Source: an uncultured Gammaproteobacteria bacterium
GTDB lineage: Bacteria; Pseudomonadota; Gammaproteobacteria; GCF-002020875
Direction: 5' to 3'
NCBI GenBank assembly: GCA_963981015.1
Contig: CAXCCG010000003.1
Location: 578 to 64,577 of the forward strand
Length of the DNA stretch: 64,000 nucleotides
Shown here: one piece after another, positions 53,984-63,918 of the stretch
Position numbering within the stretch: position 1 is the stretch's first letter
Layout: every line of letters begins with the position of its first letter
The notes under the pieces: model-generated
The model's database searches: none
Told to the model about the DNA's origin: nothing
The model's input: only the letters and a program-made list of their open reading frames with translations
Made by a program: the position numbers and the translations under genes

Positions 53984-55399
53984 CTACCCGGAACTGAGCT
54001 GCAGCTCTTTAATCTTTCGGGTTAAGGTATTGCGCCCCCACCCCAATAGACGTGCTGCCTCCTGACGTTTACCTGCGGTATGCTCCAAGGCTGCATTGAT
54101 CAAGATACGCTCCATGGTGGGCACCACCTGATCCAGTAACCCTTCTTCTTGATTGTTCAGGTGGCTGCGAATCCACTGCTCCAGTGACTTCTCCCACCCA
54201 TCACCTGCAGAGCTCTGCTCTGAGCGTAACTCAATCGGTAGATCTTCTATCCGTACCTTACGGCTCGGTGCCATCACGGTAATCCAGCGGCAAGTGTTCT
54301 CCAGTTGTCGCACATTCCCCTTCCACTCCAGCCGTGACATGTAGTGTACGGTCTCTGCCAACAGCTCTTTCTCCTCCACCTCCAGCTCTTTTGCCGCGAG
54401 CCGTAAAAAGTGGTTTGCCAGCAATGCAATATCTTCACGCCGTTCTCGCAGTACCGGTACATGGACACGAATGACGTTGAGTCGATGGTAGAGATCTTCA
54501 CGAAAATCTCCTGCCTGAACGGCCGCCTCCAGATTCTGGTGTGTTGCCGCAATAATGCGCACATCGACCTTCACCGGAGCATGGCCACCCACCTGATAAA
54601 ACTCCCCTTCAGAGAGAACACGCAGTAGATGCGTCTGTGTCTCCAGGGGCATATCTCCAATCTCATCCAGAAACAGGGTACCACCATCGGCCTGCTGGAA
54701 TCGCCCTTGACGCACCCCGGTCGCCCCGGTAAACGAGCCTTTCTCATGACCAAACAGCTCTGAATCCATCAAGTCTCTCGGTATAGCTGCCATATTCAGT
54801 GCAATAAAGGGGTGGGTTGCCCGTGGACTGTGACGATGCAGCGCCTGTGCTACCCGCTCTTTTCCTGTACCGGACTCTCCGTTGATCAACACGGTCATAT
54901 TGGAGTGGGCCAAACGACCAATGGCCCGAAATACCTCCTGCATCGCAGGAGACTCACCGATAATTCCGGTAGAGCCTTCTACCTGTTTTGAACTGCGGCT
55001 CTCGGCCCGCTTGCTCCTCACCTGTTCAACCGCACGTTGAACCAGGCTCAACGCCTCATCAATATCAAACGGCTTGGGCAGATACTCAAAGGCTCCACTC
55101 TCATAGGCAGAGACGGCACTATCCATGTCAGAGTGGGCGGTCATGATGATCACCGGCAGATCAGGGCACTGCTCACCAATCTCACGCAATAACTGCAAAC
55201 CATCGATTCCCGGCATCCGTATATCACTGACAATCACGTCTGGCGCCTGTCTTTTCAGCTTTTCCAGGATTTCACTACCATCACTGAAGGCGACAACCTC
55301 CATACCGCCTTTCTGTAGCGCCCTCTCTAACACCCATCGAATAGAGCGGTCATCATCGATCACCCAAACCGTCCCTTTCAACTCTCTATTTTCAGTCAC
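53984..55399 (-). CDS. ntrC: nitrogen regulation protein NR(I), sigma-54-dependent response regulator
   Basis: REC + AAA+ sigma-54 activator ([14 protein letters not shown]) + C-terminal Fis-like HTH. Confidence 0.9.
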   Translation of the reverse strand: MTENRELKGTVWVIDDDRSIRWVLERALQKGGMEVVAFSDGSEILEKLKRQAPDVIVSDIRMPGIDGLQLLREIGEQCPDLPVIIMTAHSDMDSAVSAYESGAFEYLPKPFDIDEALSLVQRAVEQVRSKRAESRSSKQVEGSTGIIGESPAMQEVFRAIGRLAHSNMTVLINGESGTGKERVAQALHRHSPRATHPFIALNMAAIPRDLMDSELFGHEKGSFTGATGVRQGRFQQADGGTLFLDEIGDMPLETQTHLLRVLSEGEFYQVGGHAPVKVDVRIIAATHQNLEAAVQAGDFREDLYHRLNVIRVHVPVLRERREDIALLANHFLRLAAKELEVEEKELLAETVHYMSRLEWKGNVRQLENTCRWITVMAPSRKVRIEDLPIELRSEQSSAGDGWEKSLEQWIRSHLNNQEEGLLDQVVPTMERILINAALEHTAGKRQEAARLLGWGRNTLTRKIKELQLSSG

Positions 55400-56460
55400 T
55401 TGGTACTCTCCAGTGGTATGAGCAGGGTGAAAACAGTCTCTCCGGGGCGAGACTCACACTCAATCACCCCCCCCTGTCGGTGGATGATCGATTGAGCAAT
55501 GGAGAGCCCCAACCCTGTACCATCCGGACGCCCCGTCACCATCGGTAGAAACAGCGTATTCTGCAACTCTGCCGAGATACCCGGACCATCATCTTCAATC
55601 TCCAGACTACAGACCAGTCGGTGACGCTGAGTCCCAATGGTCACTTGTCTGCGTATACGACTTCGCAACCGGATCTGCCCGCGCCCCTGCAGAACCTGTG
55701 CCGCATTTTTCACAATATTGAGCAGTGCCTGAATCATCAGCCCGCCATCTGCGGCAAAGCTGGGAATACTGGGGTCATAATCCCGCACAATGGTTAACTC
55801 GCCTGTCGTGGCCTCAGCCAATACCAGAGTACGAACCCGCTCCAGCACCTCATGGATATTGGTCTCCTCCATTTGAGGCAAGCGGTTTGGCCCCAACATC
55901 CGATCCAACAAGGTCTGCAGACGATCTGCCTCACCGATGATGATGTCGGTATACTCCTTGAGTGATTCATCCTCCAGCTCACTCTCCAGCAGCTGTGCTG
56001 CACCACGCAATCCACCCAGTGGGTTTTTAATCTCATGAGCAAGACCACGTACCAGATCGTTTGAGGCACGTGACTGTGTCAGTAGGTGCTCTTCATGTTT
56101 AATTCTCAGGTGCTGATCAACTCGCTGCAGTTCAATCAACACAAACTTTCCATCCAATGGGATCAGTGAGCAGTCGACAATAGAGTGCTCACCACCCAGC
56201 AGGTGTAGCTCAATTTCTCGCTCGGTATAGGGGAAATCGGTCTCAAATACCCGCTGCAGCCCCTTCTCCATATCGCAACGCAGACACGCGATTCGGTCAA
56301 ATACCTGCTGCAGCGCCTTGTTGGCACTCACTCCGATAAGCACCTCTGCCGCCGGATTGAGATAGTGAACCTGCTTGTTACGGTCCACCACAAAGTGAGC
56401 CACACTGGTCTGCTCCAGAACCAGATTGCGTAGTACGGTATTTTGGGCCTCATCCTTCAT
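55396..56460 (-). CDS. ntrB: nitrogen regulation sensor kinase NR(II)
   Basis: PAS + H-box GLAHEIKNPLGG + HATPase; 4-bp overlap with ntrC. Confidence 0.9.
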   Translation of the reverse strand: MKDEAQNTVLRNLVLEQTSVAHFVVDRNKQVHYLNPAAEVLIGVSANKALQQVFDRIACLRCDMEKGLQRVFETDFPYTEREIELHLLGGEHSIVDCSLIPLDGKFVLIELQRVDQHLRIKHEEHLLTQSRASNDLVRGLAHEIKNPLGGLRGAAQLLESELEDESLKEYTDIIIGEADRLQTLLDRMLGPNRLPQMEETNIHEVLERVRTLVLAEATTGELTIVRDYDPSIPSFAADGGLMIQALLNIVKNAAQVLQGRGQIRLRSRIRRQVTIGTQRHRLVCSLEIEDDGPGISAELQNTLFLPMVTGRPDGTGLGLSIAQSIIHRQGGVIECESRPGETVFTLLIPLESTK

Positions 56461-56614
56461 CTCTGTTCACTTTGCAATCACTATACCAAGACCCCAAAGA
56501 ATGATAAAAATCATATTATTCAGTTAAAATACAGTGTGTTATAAAAATACAACTTCAATAATCAGCTCTCACACAGTGTACGCTCTCCCACCTTACGCAC
56601 TATTATAGTGCAAT

Positions 56615-56650
56615 AAAAAAGCCCCCCCTGAAAACAGGGGAGGCTTTTTC
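56615..56650 (-). terminator. rho-independent terminator downstream of glnA
   Basis: minus-strand GC stem (AAGCCTCCCCTG-TTTT-CAGGGGGGGCTT) followed by T-run, 20-55 bp after the glnA stop. Confidence 0.6.
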
Positions 56651-56670
56651 AGGCAAAAGAGCCTCTGCGA

Positions 56671-58077
56671 CTAAACGCTATAGTACATATCAAACTCAAC
56701 GGGGTGGGTCGTCATACGCAGACGAGTCACCTCTTCCATCTTCAGATCAATATAGCTATCGATGAAGTCATTGGTAAACACACCGCCCTGCATCAGGAAT
56801 TCACGATCTGCATCCAACTCTTCCAACGCCTGATCAAAGGAGTGGCAGACCTGTGGAATCGCATTAGCCTCTTCCGCCGGGAGGTCATACAGATCCTTGT
56901 CCATCGCCTCACCCGGATCAATCTTGTTCTTGATACCGTCAAGGCCCGCCATCAACATGGCAGAGAACGCAAGGTATGGATTTGCTGTTGGATCTGGGAA
57001 ACGAACCTCAATACGCATCGCCTTCGGTGTTGGAACAAATGGGATACGGATTGAAGCAGAACGGTTACGGGCAGAGTAGGCCAGCATTACCGGAGCCTCA
57101 AAGCCAGGAACCAGACGCTTGTAAGAGTTCGTCGAAGCATTCGTGAATGCATTCAGCGCACGGGCATGTTTGATAATACCACCAATGTAGTAGAGCGCTT
57201 CCTGAGAGAGGCCACCATACTTGTTACCGGAGAAGATGTTCTTGCCCTTCTTGGCAATCGACTGGTGAACATGCATACCGGTACCGTTATCACCAACAAT
57301 TGGCTTCGGCATAAAGGTCGCGGTCTTGCCATAGGCATGCGCCACATTATGGATGACATACTTAAGGATCTGCACCTCATCACTCTTTTTAACCAAAGTG
57401 TTGAATGCGGTCGCGATCTCATTCTGGTTCGCTGTTGCTACTTCATGGTGGTGCGCTTCAATGGTCAGTCCCATATCTTCCATCACCAGACACATCGCAG
57501 TACGGATGTCCTGAGTAGAGTCTACCGGAGGAACCGGGAAGTAACCGCCCTTAACCCCCGGACGGTGACCCATGTTACCGCCTTCGTATACTTTTTCTGT
57601 ATTCCAGGAGGCCTCTTCAGAGTCCACCTTGCAGAAAGAGCCGCTCATGTCTGCGCCCCAACGGACATCATCAAACAGGAAGAACTCTGGCTCTGGACCA
57701 AAGTACGCTGTATCACCGATACCGGTAGACTTGAGGTAGGCCTCTGCACGTGCTGCAACAGAACGTGGATCGCGCTCGTAGCCTTCCATTGTGGCTGGCT
57801 CTACGATATTACAACGAATAATTACCGTTGGCTCTTCATAGAATGGGTCTAGCAGTGCTGTATCCGCATCTGGCATCAGAATCATGTCAGACTCATTGAT
57901 CCCCTTCCAGCCTTCGATGGAAGAACCATCAAACATCTTGCCTGCTTTAAAGAAGCCGGCACTGACTTCTGTTGAAGGAATAGTTACGTGCTGCTCCTTG
58001 CCCTTGGTATCCGTAAAACGGAGATCAACAAACTTGGAGTTGCTCTCCTTGATGAGCTTGAGTACTTTCTGAGACAT
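56671..58077 (-). CDS. glnA: glutamine synthetase type I
   Basis: 468 aa, [11 protein letters not shown]... and GSI signature regions including adenylylation-site region. Confidence 0.95.
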   Translation of the reverse strand: MSQKVLKLIKESNSKFVDLRFTDTKGKEQHVTIPSTEVSAGFFKAGKMFDGSSIEGWKGINESDMILMPDADTALLDPFYEEPTVIIRCNIVEPATMEGYERDPRSVAARAEAYLKSTGIGDTAYFGPEPEFFLFDDVRWGADMSGSFCKVDSEEASWNTEKVYEGGNMGHRPGVKGGYFPVPPVDSTQDIRTAMCLVMEDMGLTIEAHHHEVATANQNEIATAFNTLVKKSDEVQILKYVIHNVAHAYGKTATFMPKPIVGDNGTGMHVHQSIAKKGKNIFSGNKYGGLSQEALYYIGGIIKHARALNAFTNASTNSYKRLVPGFEAPVMLAYSARNRSASIRIPFVPTPKAMRIEVRFPDPTANPYLAFSAMLMAGLDGIKNKIDPGEAMDKDLYDLPAEEANAIPQVCHSFDQALEELDADREFLMQGGVFTNDFIDSYIDLKMEEVTRLRMTTHPVEFDMYYSV

Positions 58078-58281
58078 GAATGGCTCCCTGATTCAAAAAA
58101 AAATATAGACCCCCCACAGCCCTGTGAGTCGGCCCCTGAAAAAAACGGATAACGATTGTAGCAGTGCCACAATTCACATCCTGAGATTTGTGCACGATTA
58201 TATAGCATAAACCATGCCCACTACATAACCTTATGATTACAATAATTAAAAATTAATCCCCTTAAAAATAGACAGACTAAT

Positions 58282-58328
58282 TGCACCATTTATGTGCGGT
58301 ATTTTTTCAAAACGCACCGTTTTGGTGC
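58282..58328. promoter_or_regulatory. two NtrC-type palindromes (TGCACCATTTATGTGC and GCACCGTTTTGGTGC) upstream of glnA
   Basis: match TGCACC-N5-GGTGCA enhancer consensus, ~200-250 bp upstream of glnA start on its coding strand. Confidence 0.45.
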
Positions 58329-58348
58329 CTTCAGATGCCGACGCGGTT

Positions 58349-58524
58349 CTAGATGGTTATCCGAGAATAGAAGTCGTAGCGAGGGGAAGCTGATTTGAGA
58401 CAGATTTTGTCATCATTTGAGGCGAATAGTTCCACTATTTAACGAAAAGGATGAGGAAATATGGACAAATTCAGCTTTTCCGCAGTAGGCTCTCTATTCT
58501 CGGACAGCCACCTAGGTGGCTGCC
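58349..58524. mobile_element. MITE-like ~150-bp element with ~24-bp terminal inverted repeats (copy B)
   Basis: CCGAGAATAGAAG ... CTCTCTATTCTCGGACAGCCACCTAGGTGGCTG; right end extends into an 18-bp perfect palindrome CAGCCACCTAGGTGGCTG. Confidence 0.6.
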
Positions 58525-58572
58525 AACGCATCAATGTCACCAATCGATGAAAATAGTTTGGCTTCCACTATT

Positions 58573-60234
58573 TCATTGAGAACGGAATCCCGAGGTAATC
58601 GGATAGCGCCTGTCACGTCCAAAGGCACGGATGGTAATTCTTACTCCGGGGGGGGCCTGACGCCGTTTGTACTCATTACCATCCACCATACGCGCAACCC
58701 GCTGTACCACGGCCTCTTCAAACCCTGCGGCAACAATCTCCTCAACACACTGTTGCTGCTCAATGTAGCGCTCTAAAATGGGGTCAAGAATTTCATAGGG
58801 TGGCAGTGAATCTGAATCTTTCTGCTCAGGTGCCAACTCGGCTGAGGGGGGACGATCAATGGCCCGTCGCGGTATCACCTCTGCTTCTCCCGCCTCCACT
58901 GCGGCACGATTTCTCCACTCTGACAGCCGATAGACCAACAGCTTCGAGAGGTCTTTAAGGGGGGCAAAACCACCGGCCATATCCCCATAAAGGGTTGCAT
59001 AACCGACCGACATCTCACTCTTGTTTCCGGTGGTCAGCAGCATGCGATTCTTTTTGTTGGCAATCGCCATCAAGATTACCCCCCGACAACGGGCCTGAAT
59101 ATTCTCCTCTGTACTGTCCACGGCTGTTCCTGCAAACTCATCCGTCAATGTTTCGAGAAAGGCATCAAAGCTCTGTTTAATCGGAATCACACGAAACTCT
59201 ACTCCCAGACGCTCTGCCTCCTGACGCGCGTCCTCCACACTCATCTGTGCAGTATAGAGTGATGGCATCGACACCCCCTCTACCCTGCTTGCACCAAGCG
59301 CATCCACCGCAATCGCCAGAGTGAGCGCTGAGTCGATACCACCCGAAAGCCCCAGAATGACTCCAGGGAAACCATTTTTATCAACATAATCACGGGTCGC
59401 CAACACCAACGCCTGATAGATCTCGGCCTCAACTTCAGCTTCGACTTTAACTTCACTCTTATCCTCTGCGGCTATAGTTGCTACTGAGGCTGTAGTTACT
59501 TCTGACGATGAATGGTGGTCATAAAAATAGAGGCCCTCCTCAAAATAACGACCCTGTAGCCTACTCTCTCCATCGGCCCCTATCACAAAGGAGCCACCAT
59601 CAAAAATCAGCTCATCCTGCCCTCCGACCTGATTAACGTAGACCACCGGTAGACCACACTCTGCCACCCGCTGCCGGATCGTCGCTTCACGCTCTCCACG
59701 CTTACCTGCATGGTAGGGTGAGGCATTGAGATTGAGTATTACGGTTGCGCCCATCGCCTTGGCCTGTGCCATCACGGGGGGGTGCCACAAATCTTCACAA
59801 ATGGTTAGTGCAAACCGCTCAGCCCCCAGAATAAAGAGCTGAGGTTGGTAACCCGGCATAAAGTAACGCTTCTCATCAAACACCCCATAATTGGGAAGCT
59901 CTTGTTTGTGGTAACTCAGCACAAGCTCACCCCCCTGAAGCAGAGATGCGGCATTATAGAGTCTTCCATGGTCGTCAACCTGAGGGTGTCCCACGACCAG
60001 GCTGATCTGTGAAGAGGCTTGCGCCAACTGTTGTAATGCCTCATCCACCTGCCCCAGAAAACCGGGTCGAAGCAGCAGATCTTCAGGAGGATAACCGGTC
60101 AGCGAGAGTTCAGGAAAGAGGATCAGGTCTGCCTGACTTGCTTCTGCCTGGCGGGCAAACGCCACCATCTTCTCCAAATTCTCCTGGAGAGCCCCTACGT
60201 GGGGATTAATCTGGGCAAGGGCTATTCGACACAT
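58573..60234 (-). CDS. nadE: glutamine-dependent NAD+ synthetase
   Basis: N-terminal nitrilase/CN-hydrolase domain plus C-terminal NAD synthetase PP-loop (LGLSGGIDS). Confidence 0.9.
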   Translation of the reverse strand: MCRIALAQINPHVGALQENLEKMVAFARQAEASQADLILFPELSLTGYPPEDLLLRPGFLGQVDEALQQLAQASSQISLVVGHPQVDDHGRLYNAASLLQGGELVLSYHKQELPNYGVFDEKRYFMPGYQPQLFILGAERFALTICEDLWHPPVMAQAKAMGATVILNLNASPYHAGKRGEREATIRQRVAECGLPVVYVNQVGGQDELIFDGGSFVIGADGESRLQGRYFEEGLYFYDHHSSSEVTTASVATIAAEDKSEVKVEAEVEAEIYQALVLATRDYVDKNGFPGVILGLSGGIDSALTLAIAVDALGASRVEGVSMPSLYTAQMSVEDARQEAERLGVEFRVIPIKQSFDAFLETLTDEFAGTAVDSTEENIQARCRGVILMAIANKKNRMLLTTGNKSEMSVGYATLYGDMAGGFAPLKDLSKLLVYRLSEWRNRAAVEAGEAEVIPRRAIDRPPSAELAPEQKDSDSLPPYEILDPILERYIEQQQCVEEIVAAGFEEAVVQRVARMVDGNEYKRRQAPPGVRITIRAFGRDRRYPITSGFRSQ

Positions 60235-60330
60235 AACATAAGCTTATTATAGACTTAAAACAGCAGAAGGCAGACAGTATAGCGGTGAAGTCGTACAGTT
60301 TCGAGCCTCAGCCGTATCTTCAACAAACCT

Positions 60331-60681
60331 CTACAAATTCTGAATACTGTGAACCATTCGCACCAAATCCATTGGTTTTGCAAAGATCTCATCTGCCCCC
60401 AAATCAGAGGCAATCTCCAGAAAATCCCTAGAGGCCGAGATTGCAAAAATAGGCAACGTTGAAAACTGACCTCTCACCTCTGTAATGGTCTCTAACCCCT
60501 CTTTTCCATCCATTAACAGGTCCGTAATCAGAAGATCCGCCTCCTCGGCAACCAGTGTCTCCAGCACATGGAGACCATTTTCAAGCTCAATAACCTCTGA
60601 GGCGTGCGGTCTGAGAGTCGTCGTGAGTAGTAAACGAACGCTCTCATCATCATCCACAATCAATATCTTCGGTCTATCCAT
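60331..60681 (-). CDS. stand-alone response-regulator receiver (CheY-like)
   Basis: ILIVDDDESVRLL...DLLITDLLMDGKEG... Confidence 0.75.
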   Translation of the reverse strand: MDRPKILIVDDDESVRLLLTTTLRPHASEVIELENGLHVLETLVAEEADLLITDLLMDGKEGLETITEVRGQFSTLPIFAISASRDFLEIASDLGADEIFAKPMDLVRMVHSIQNL

Positions 60682-61070
60682 TATTACTGTTGATTACACT
60701 GAGTTATAAATTAAGAATAACAGTAACATATCAGCGATGCTATTCAATAGCTGAAAGCAGATGTTTGCATTACCGTAACAGCAGTTTACTCTCACCCTGT
60801 TGCATACCCTGCTCTACAATACGCCATACTCTTGATCGGTCATAAATATTTCCTCTGCATTTTCCGGTCCCCCTTTTTTCTAATGTAACAATGCGAGAAC
60901 TGGCCCCTATTTTTCCCGCTGGCCCCTATTTTTCCGAGAACTTTTATCGTGATCTTAAACATTAATTTTATGCATGGAAGTTAGACCCTGCAAACTCTCC
61001 GCAAACTTGCGCTGAAACTGCGTAGGGCTAATGAGTAAGTGACCCTGCAAATTTGTGGACTAACCTCTCC

Positions 61071-61823
61071 TCAAGCTGCCATTTTTCCTTCAGCCAAAGA
61101 TTGGTACTCATCAGCACCATAAAGATCAAAACCAGCAGGAAGAATAAATTGAGCTTTACAGAGAAGCTGGAACTGTAACGGCGCATCAGAGTTAACTCGC
61201 TCCACTTCGAGCTGAATTGACTCTCTCTTCAGAACCTCCCGAAACCCCTGATTAAGATAGCGAGGACAGTACCCAACCCGCTGAGGCTCCGCAGTTTCTA
61301 GTAACAGAGCAAAGCTGTCAGATGCATTTCCATCCTCCACTGTTAGCTGCAAATGCTCCACTGTTAGCTGCAAATGCTCCCCGGAAACAAGATTACTAAC
61401 TGCCTCCCGTTCTTCCTCATTTAGATAACGAAGCCCGTGACTGAAAAAATAAAGCTCCACTTCCCCTCGTTCATTTGGCTCTACTTCAGGAAACAGACAA
61501 AGCTTATCTGTACCTCGCACGCCACCAGAACGAGCTAACAGCTCCATCTCATGAGCCTCCGAACCAATCCCCATCCATTCTAGATAATCAGGATATTCCG
61601 GGCGCGAAGAATCGAGTAGACGATTGGAAAACAAAGGGAAAAGTTCATCAGAATAATAGACACTTTTTTTGTCTATCATTCTTCCTAAATACTCAAAGCT
61701 TGGGGATGCTTGCGCCCCTTGAGTATAGGAGAACTGATAACCGCCTCCATCACGGGTAAGACGACCAACAGTATGCCAAAACCTTGTATCTGGGGCTTGC
61801 CATGCGATAAAGAGCGATTTCAT
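61071..61823 (-). CDS. HipA-N-terminal-like (HipS-like) segment fused to a HIRAN-like domain
   Basis: N-half ends in ...EMELLARSGGVRGTDKLCLFPE resembling the LLxxxGxDCAGAL end of the HipA_N domain; C-half LTVEDGNASDSFALL...VGYCPRYL resembles the HIRAN core (REpdNpyDpnAi...GYvPre); 4 bp from the kinase stop. Confidence 0.4.
   Translation of the reverse strand: MKSLFIAWQAPDTRFWHTVGRLTRDGGGYQFSYTQGAQASPSFEYLGRMIDKKSVYYSDELFPLFSNRLLDSSRPEYPDYLEWMGIGSEAHEMELLARSGGVRGTDKLCLFPEVEPNERGEVELYFFSHGLRYLNEEEREAVSNLVSGEHLQLTVEHLQLTVEDGNASDSFALLLETAEPQRVGYCPRYLNQGFREVLKRESIQLEVERVNSDAPLQFQLLCKAQFILPAGFDLYGADEYQSLAEGKMAA
61338..61379. repeat. perfect 2 x 21-bp in-frame tandem duplication (CACTGTTAGCTGCAAATGCTC) inside the HipS-HIRAN-like gene
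   Basis: read directly; encodes duplicated HLQLTVE. Confidence 0.9.
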
Positions 61824-61827
61824 CGTG

Positions 61828-62733
61828 CTACTCCTCCAGCAATCGTTGTCGGTTACAAATCAATAGCTCTAGCGCAAACTGCCGAGCCAATATAGATGCC
61901 TCACTCGGTGGAAGCCTGTCAAAGAGATCTTGACAGCTATTCTCTGTTATTTGCCGCAATTGATCCAGCCATATTTGGCCAATTTCCGGCTCATACGCTA
62001 TCGCTTTCTGAAATAGCTCCAAGGTTAGCATTGGCTTTTTACTTCTATTGGTCTCAAAAATAGCAGAGCGCGCACGCTTAATATAATTGGAAATCTGCCG
62101 CCCTTGATCTTTTGATGTGAGCCGATCATGCCGAGTTTCATCCGTCTCATTTTGCCCCATAGAGGCTGCATGATCATAAGTGGGAGCCAGATAGAGCAAC
62201 TCATGTGTGCGAATAATCCCCCAATTTTCATGATGACGGTCTTGGTTTGAAATCCACACATCAAGCAATAAGTATCCAAGAAATAGATGGAACGCCGTCT
62301 TGATCGCTGGATTCGGGGGAGACCAGCCGGGAGGAAAACCTATTGTTTGGCTACGCAGTAGCGCAACAATCCTCTTTAAAGTATGGTCAGATACACGCCC
62401 GTCCTTCTGTTTAGGGTAGTCTTTATGAACAGCAGCAAGCAGTTCATTACCGTGAACCAGACGACCTCCTTCAGGAACCATTTGAGGAGAGAGCACACCT
62501 TTTCTACCTTTCCAAGAGGCAAAATTATACTCCGCATGGGGCAGTCCAAGTAGTCCTGCCAACTCTGCAGCAATCTTTTCTGCCCAGTTTTCACCTGTAC
62601 CAGGACGACCAATTTTGAACAGATACTCTTGATTATCTATGTGAAACCAATATTTTTCCTTAGTACCGAGCTGCTCTGGAAAATCTGGTGCGTCACTAAT
62701 AACCAAATCATAACAAATAAAAACATTTTTCAT
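61828..62733 (-). CDS. HipA C-terminal-domain-like (HipT-like) small Ser/Thr kinase with PI3K-type catalytic loop
   Basis: 301 aa; ISNQDRHHENWGII (DRHxxN catalytic loop), ...QLGTKEKYWF... Gly-rich loop-like region, APTYDHAAS; lacks HipA N-domain. Confidence 0.55.
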   Translation of the reverse strand: MKNVFICYDLVISDAPDFPEQLGTKEKYWFHIDNQEYLFKIGRPGTGENWAEKIAAELAGLLGLPHAEYNFASWKGRKGVLSPQMVPEGGRLVHGNELLAAVHKDYPKQKDGRVSDHTLKRIVALLRSQTIGFPPGWSPPNPAIKTAFHLFLGYLLLDVWISNQDRHHENWGIIRTHELLYLAPTYDHAASMGQNETDETRHDRLTSKDQGRQISNYIKRARSAIFETNRSKKPMLTLELFQKAIAYEPEIGQIWLDQLRQITENSCQDLFDRLPPSEASILARQFALELLICNRQRLLEE

Positions 62734-62919
62734 GATACAACTACCTGACTATTAATTATTAATCACCATTGGCATAATCCAACCGTGAAGCCGGACAAGC
62801 TGAGAATTTTATTATTATGCAGCAATGTTAGAACTGGTACCTTTTTTGTTTTGAAGGTGTACGAATAATTCCTCCTTAGGGACTTTAACCCGTTAGATTA
62901 AACGCCGGTGACGGCATAC

Positions 62920-63061
62920 GGTCAGGTCTAGAAAAGTAGCCTTTTTTCGGATAAGCTATCCTGTATGTCACGACCCGTAAGAATAGAATTCGAAGGTGCT
63001 CTGTACCACGTCAAGAACAAGAGGGATGAAAAACTGTATGGCTACAATTCTAGACCTGACC
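62920..63061. mobile_element. remnant of an IS200/RAYT-like (Y1 transposase) element bounded by 14-bp perfect inverted repeats
   Basis: GGTCAGGTCTAGAA ... TTCTAGACCTGACC; encloses ATG..MSRPVRIEFEGALYHV (typical N-terminus of COG1943 transposases) which is then truncated. Confidence 0.5.
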
Positions 63062-63127
63062 CTTTTGTGTTCTCTCTTTTGTGTTCTTTTGTGTGTTCTT
63101 TTGTGTTTTTCTTTTGTGTTTTCTTGT
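63059..63127. repeat. degenerate tandem repeat of TCTTTTGTGT(T) units (~6 copies)
   Basis: read directly in sequence. Confidence 0.7.
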
Positions 63128-63352
63128 TACCGGTCTCTGCCTTGAAAAGGTGGAAGCCAACCGTCAATCGAGCTGCTGCATAAGGGCCTTTAGTTGCTGC
63201 TAAAGGTGGGTCTCAGTTTACCCGTTTTTTTCTCAATTTTGCCACAAGCCACCCCATTTCGCCGGTCCGGTTACGGCGGGCGTTAGGCTACAAAAAACAG
63301 CACATTATCAATGTATGTTGCATTGTGCGCATCGTGCGCTATAATTGATCGC

Positions 63353-63631
63353 ATGATCAAATCATTCAAGCATAAAGGCATTCAGAAATTTTTTGAAACT
63401 GGCGTCACTTCAGGGATAAATTCAGCGCATAAAAGCAAAATTAAAATGAGGTTAGTAGCTTTAGATACTGCAATATGCATAGATGATATGGATTTACCAG
63501 GCTTTCGTCTCCATCCGCTAAAAGGCAATAGAGAGGGAAGGTGGTCAATTGATGTGAACAAAAATTGGCGCATCACATTTGAGTTTACAGATGGAGATGC
63601 ATACATTGTAGATTATGAGGACTATCATTAA
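63353..63631 (+). CDS. higB: HigB-type (RelE/ParE superfamily) toxin
   Basis: MIKSFKHKGIQKFFETG... ~92 aa, gene order toxin-first with 1-bp overlap to an XRE antitoxin. Confidence 0.75.
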   Translation: MIKSFKHKGIQKFFETGVTSGINSAHKSKIKMRLVALDTAICIDDMDLPGFRLHPLKGNREGRWSIDVNKNWRITFEFTDGDAYIVDYEDYH

Positions 63632-63918
63632 TGAATATGCATAACCCACCACATCCTGGTGAATTTATCCGAGAGATATATCTTGATCCGCTTGGAATCA
63701 GTTACAGGGCAGTAGCTTTAAAGCTAAATGTATCCCCTTCAACATTCAACCGTATAATTCAAGGGCGTAGTAATATAAGTTCGGGGATGGCTTTACGGTT
63801 ATCAAAAACACTTGGAAGAACTCCTGAAAGCTGGCTTTCCATGCAAAGCAACTATAACCTTTATATGGCCAAGCAGCATATTAATCTTGATGAAGTTCAA
63901 GAGCTGGCAATGGCCTAA
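63631..63918 (+). CDS. higA: HigA-type HTH (XRE) antitoxin
   Basis: MNMHNPPHPGEFIREIYL... HTH LKLNVSPSTFNRIIQGRSNIS. Confidence 0.75.
   Translation: MNMHNPPHPGEFIREIYLDPLGISYRAVALKLNVSPSTFNRIIQGRSNISSGMALRLSKTLGRTPESWLSMQSNYNLYMAKQHINLDEVQELAMA

Noticed and set aside
58078-58280. sigma-54 (-24/-12) promoter for glnA
   Set aside because: A TGGCAC was found on the coding strand but the spacing to a GC -12 element did not fit the consensus; not called.
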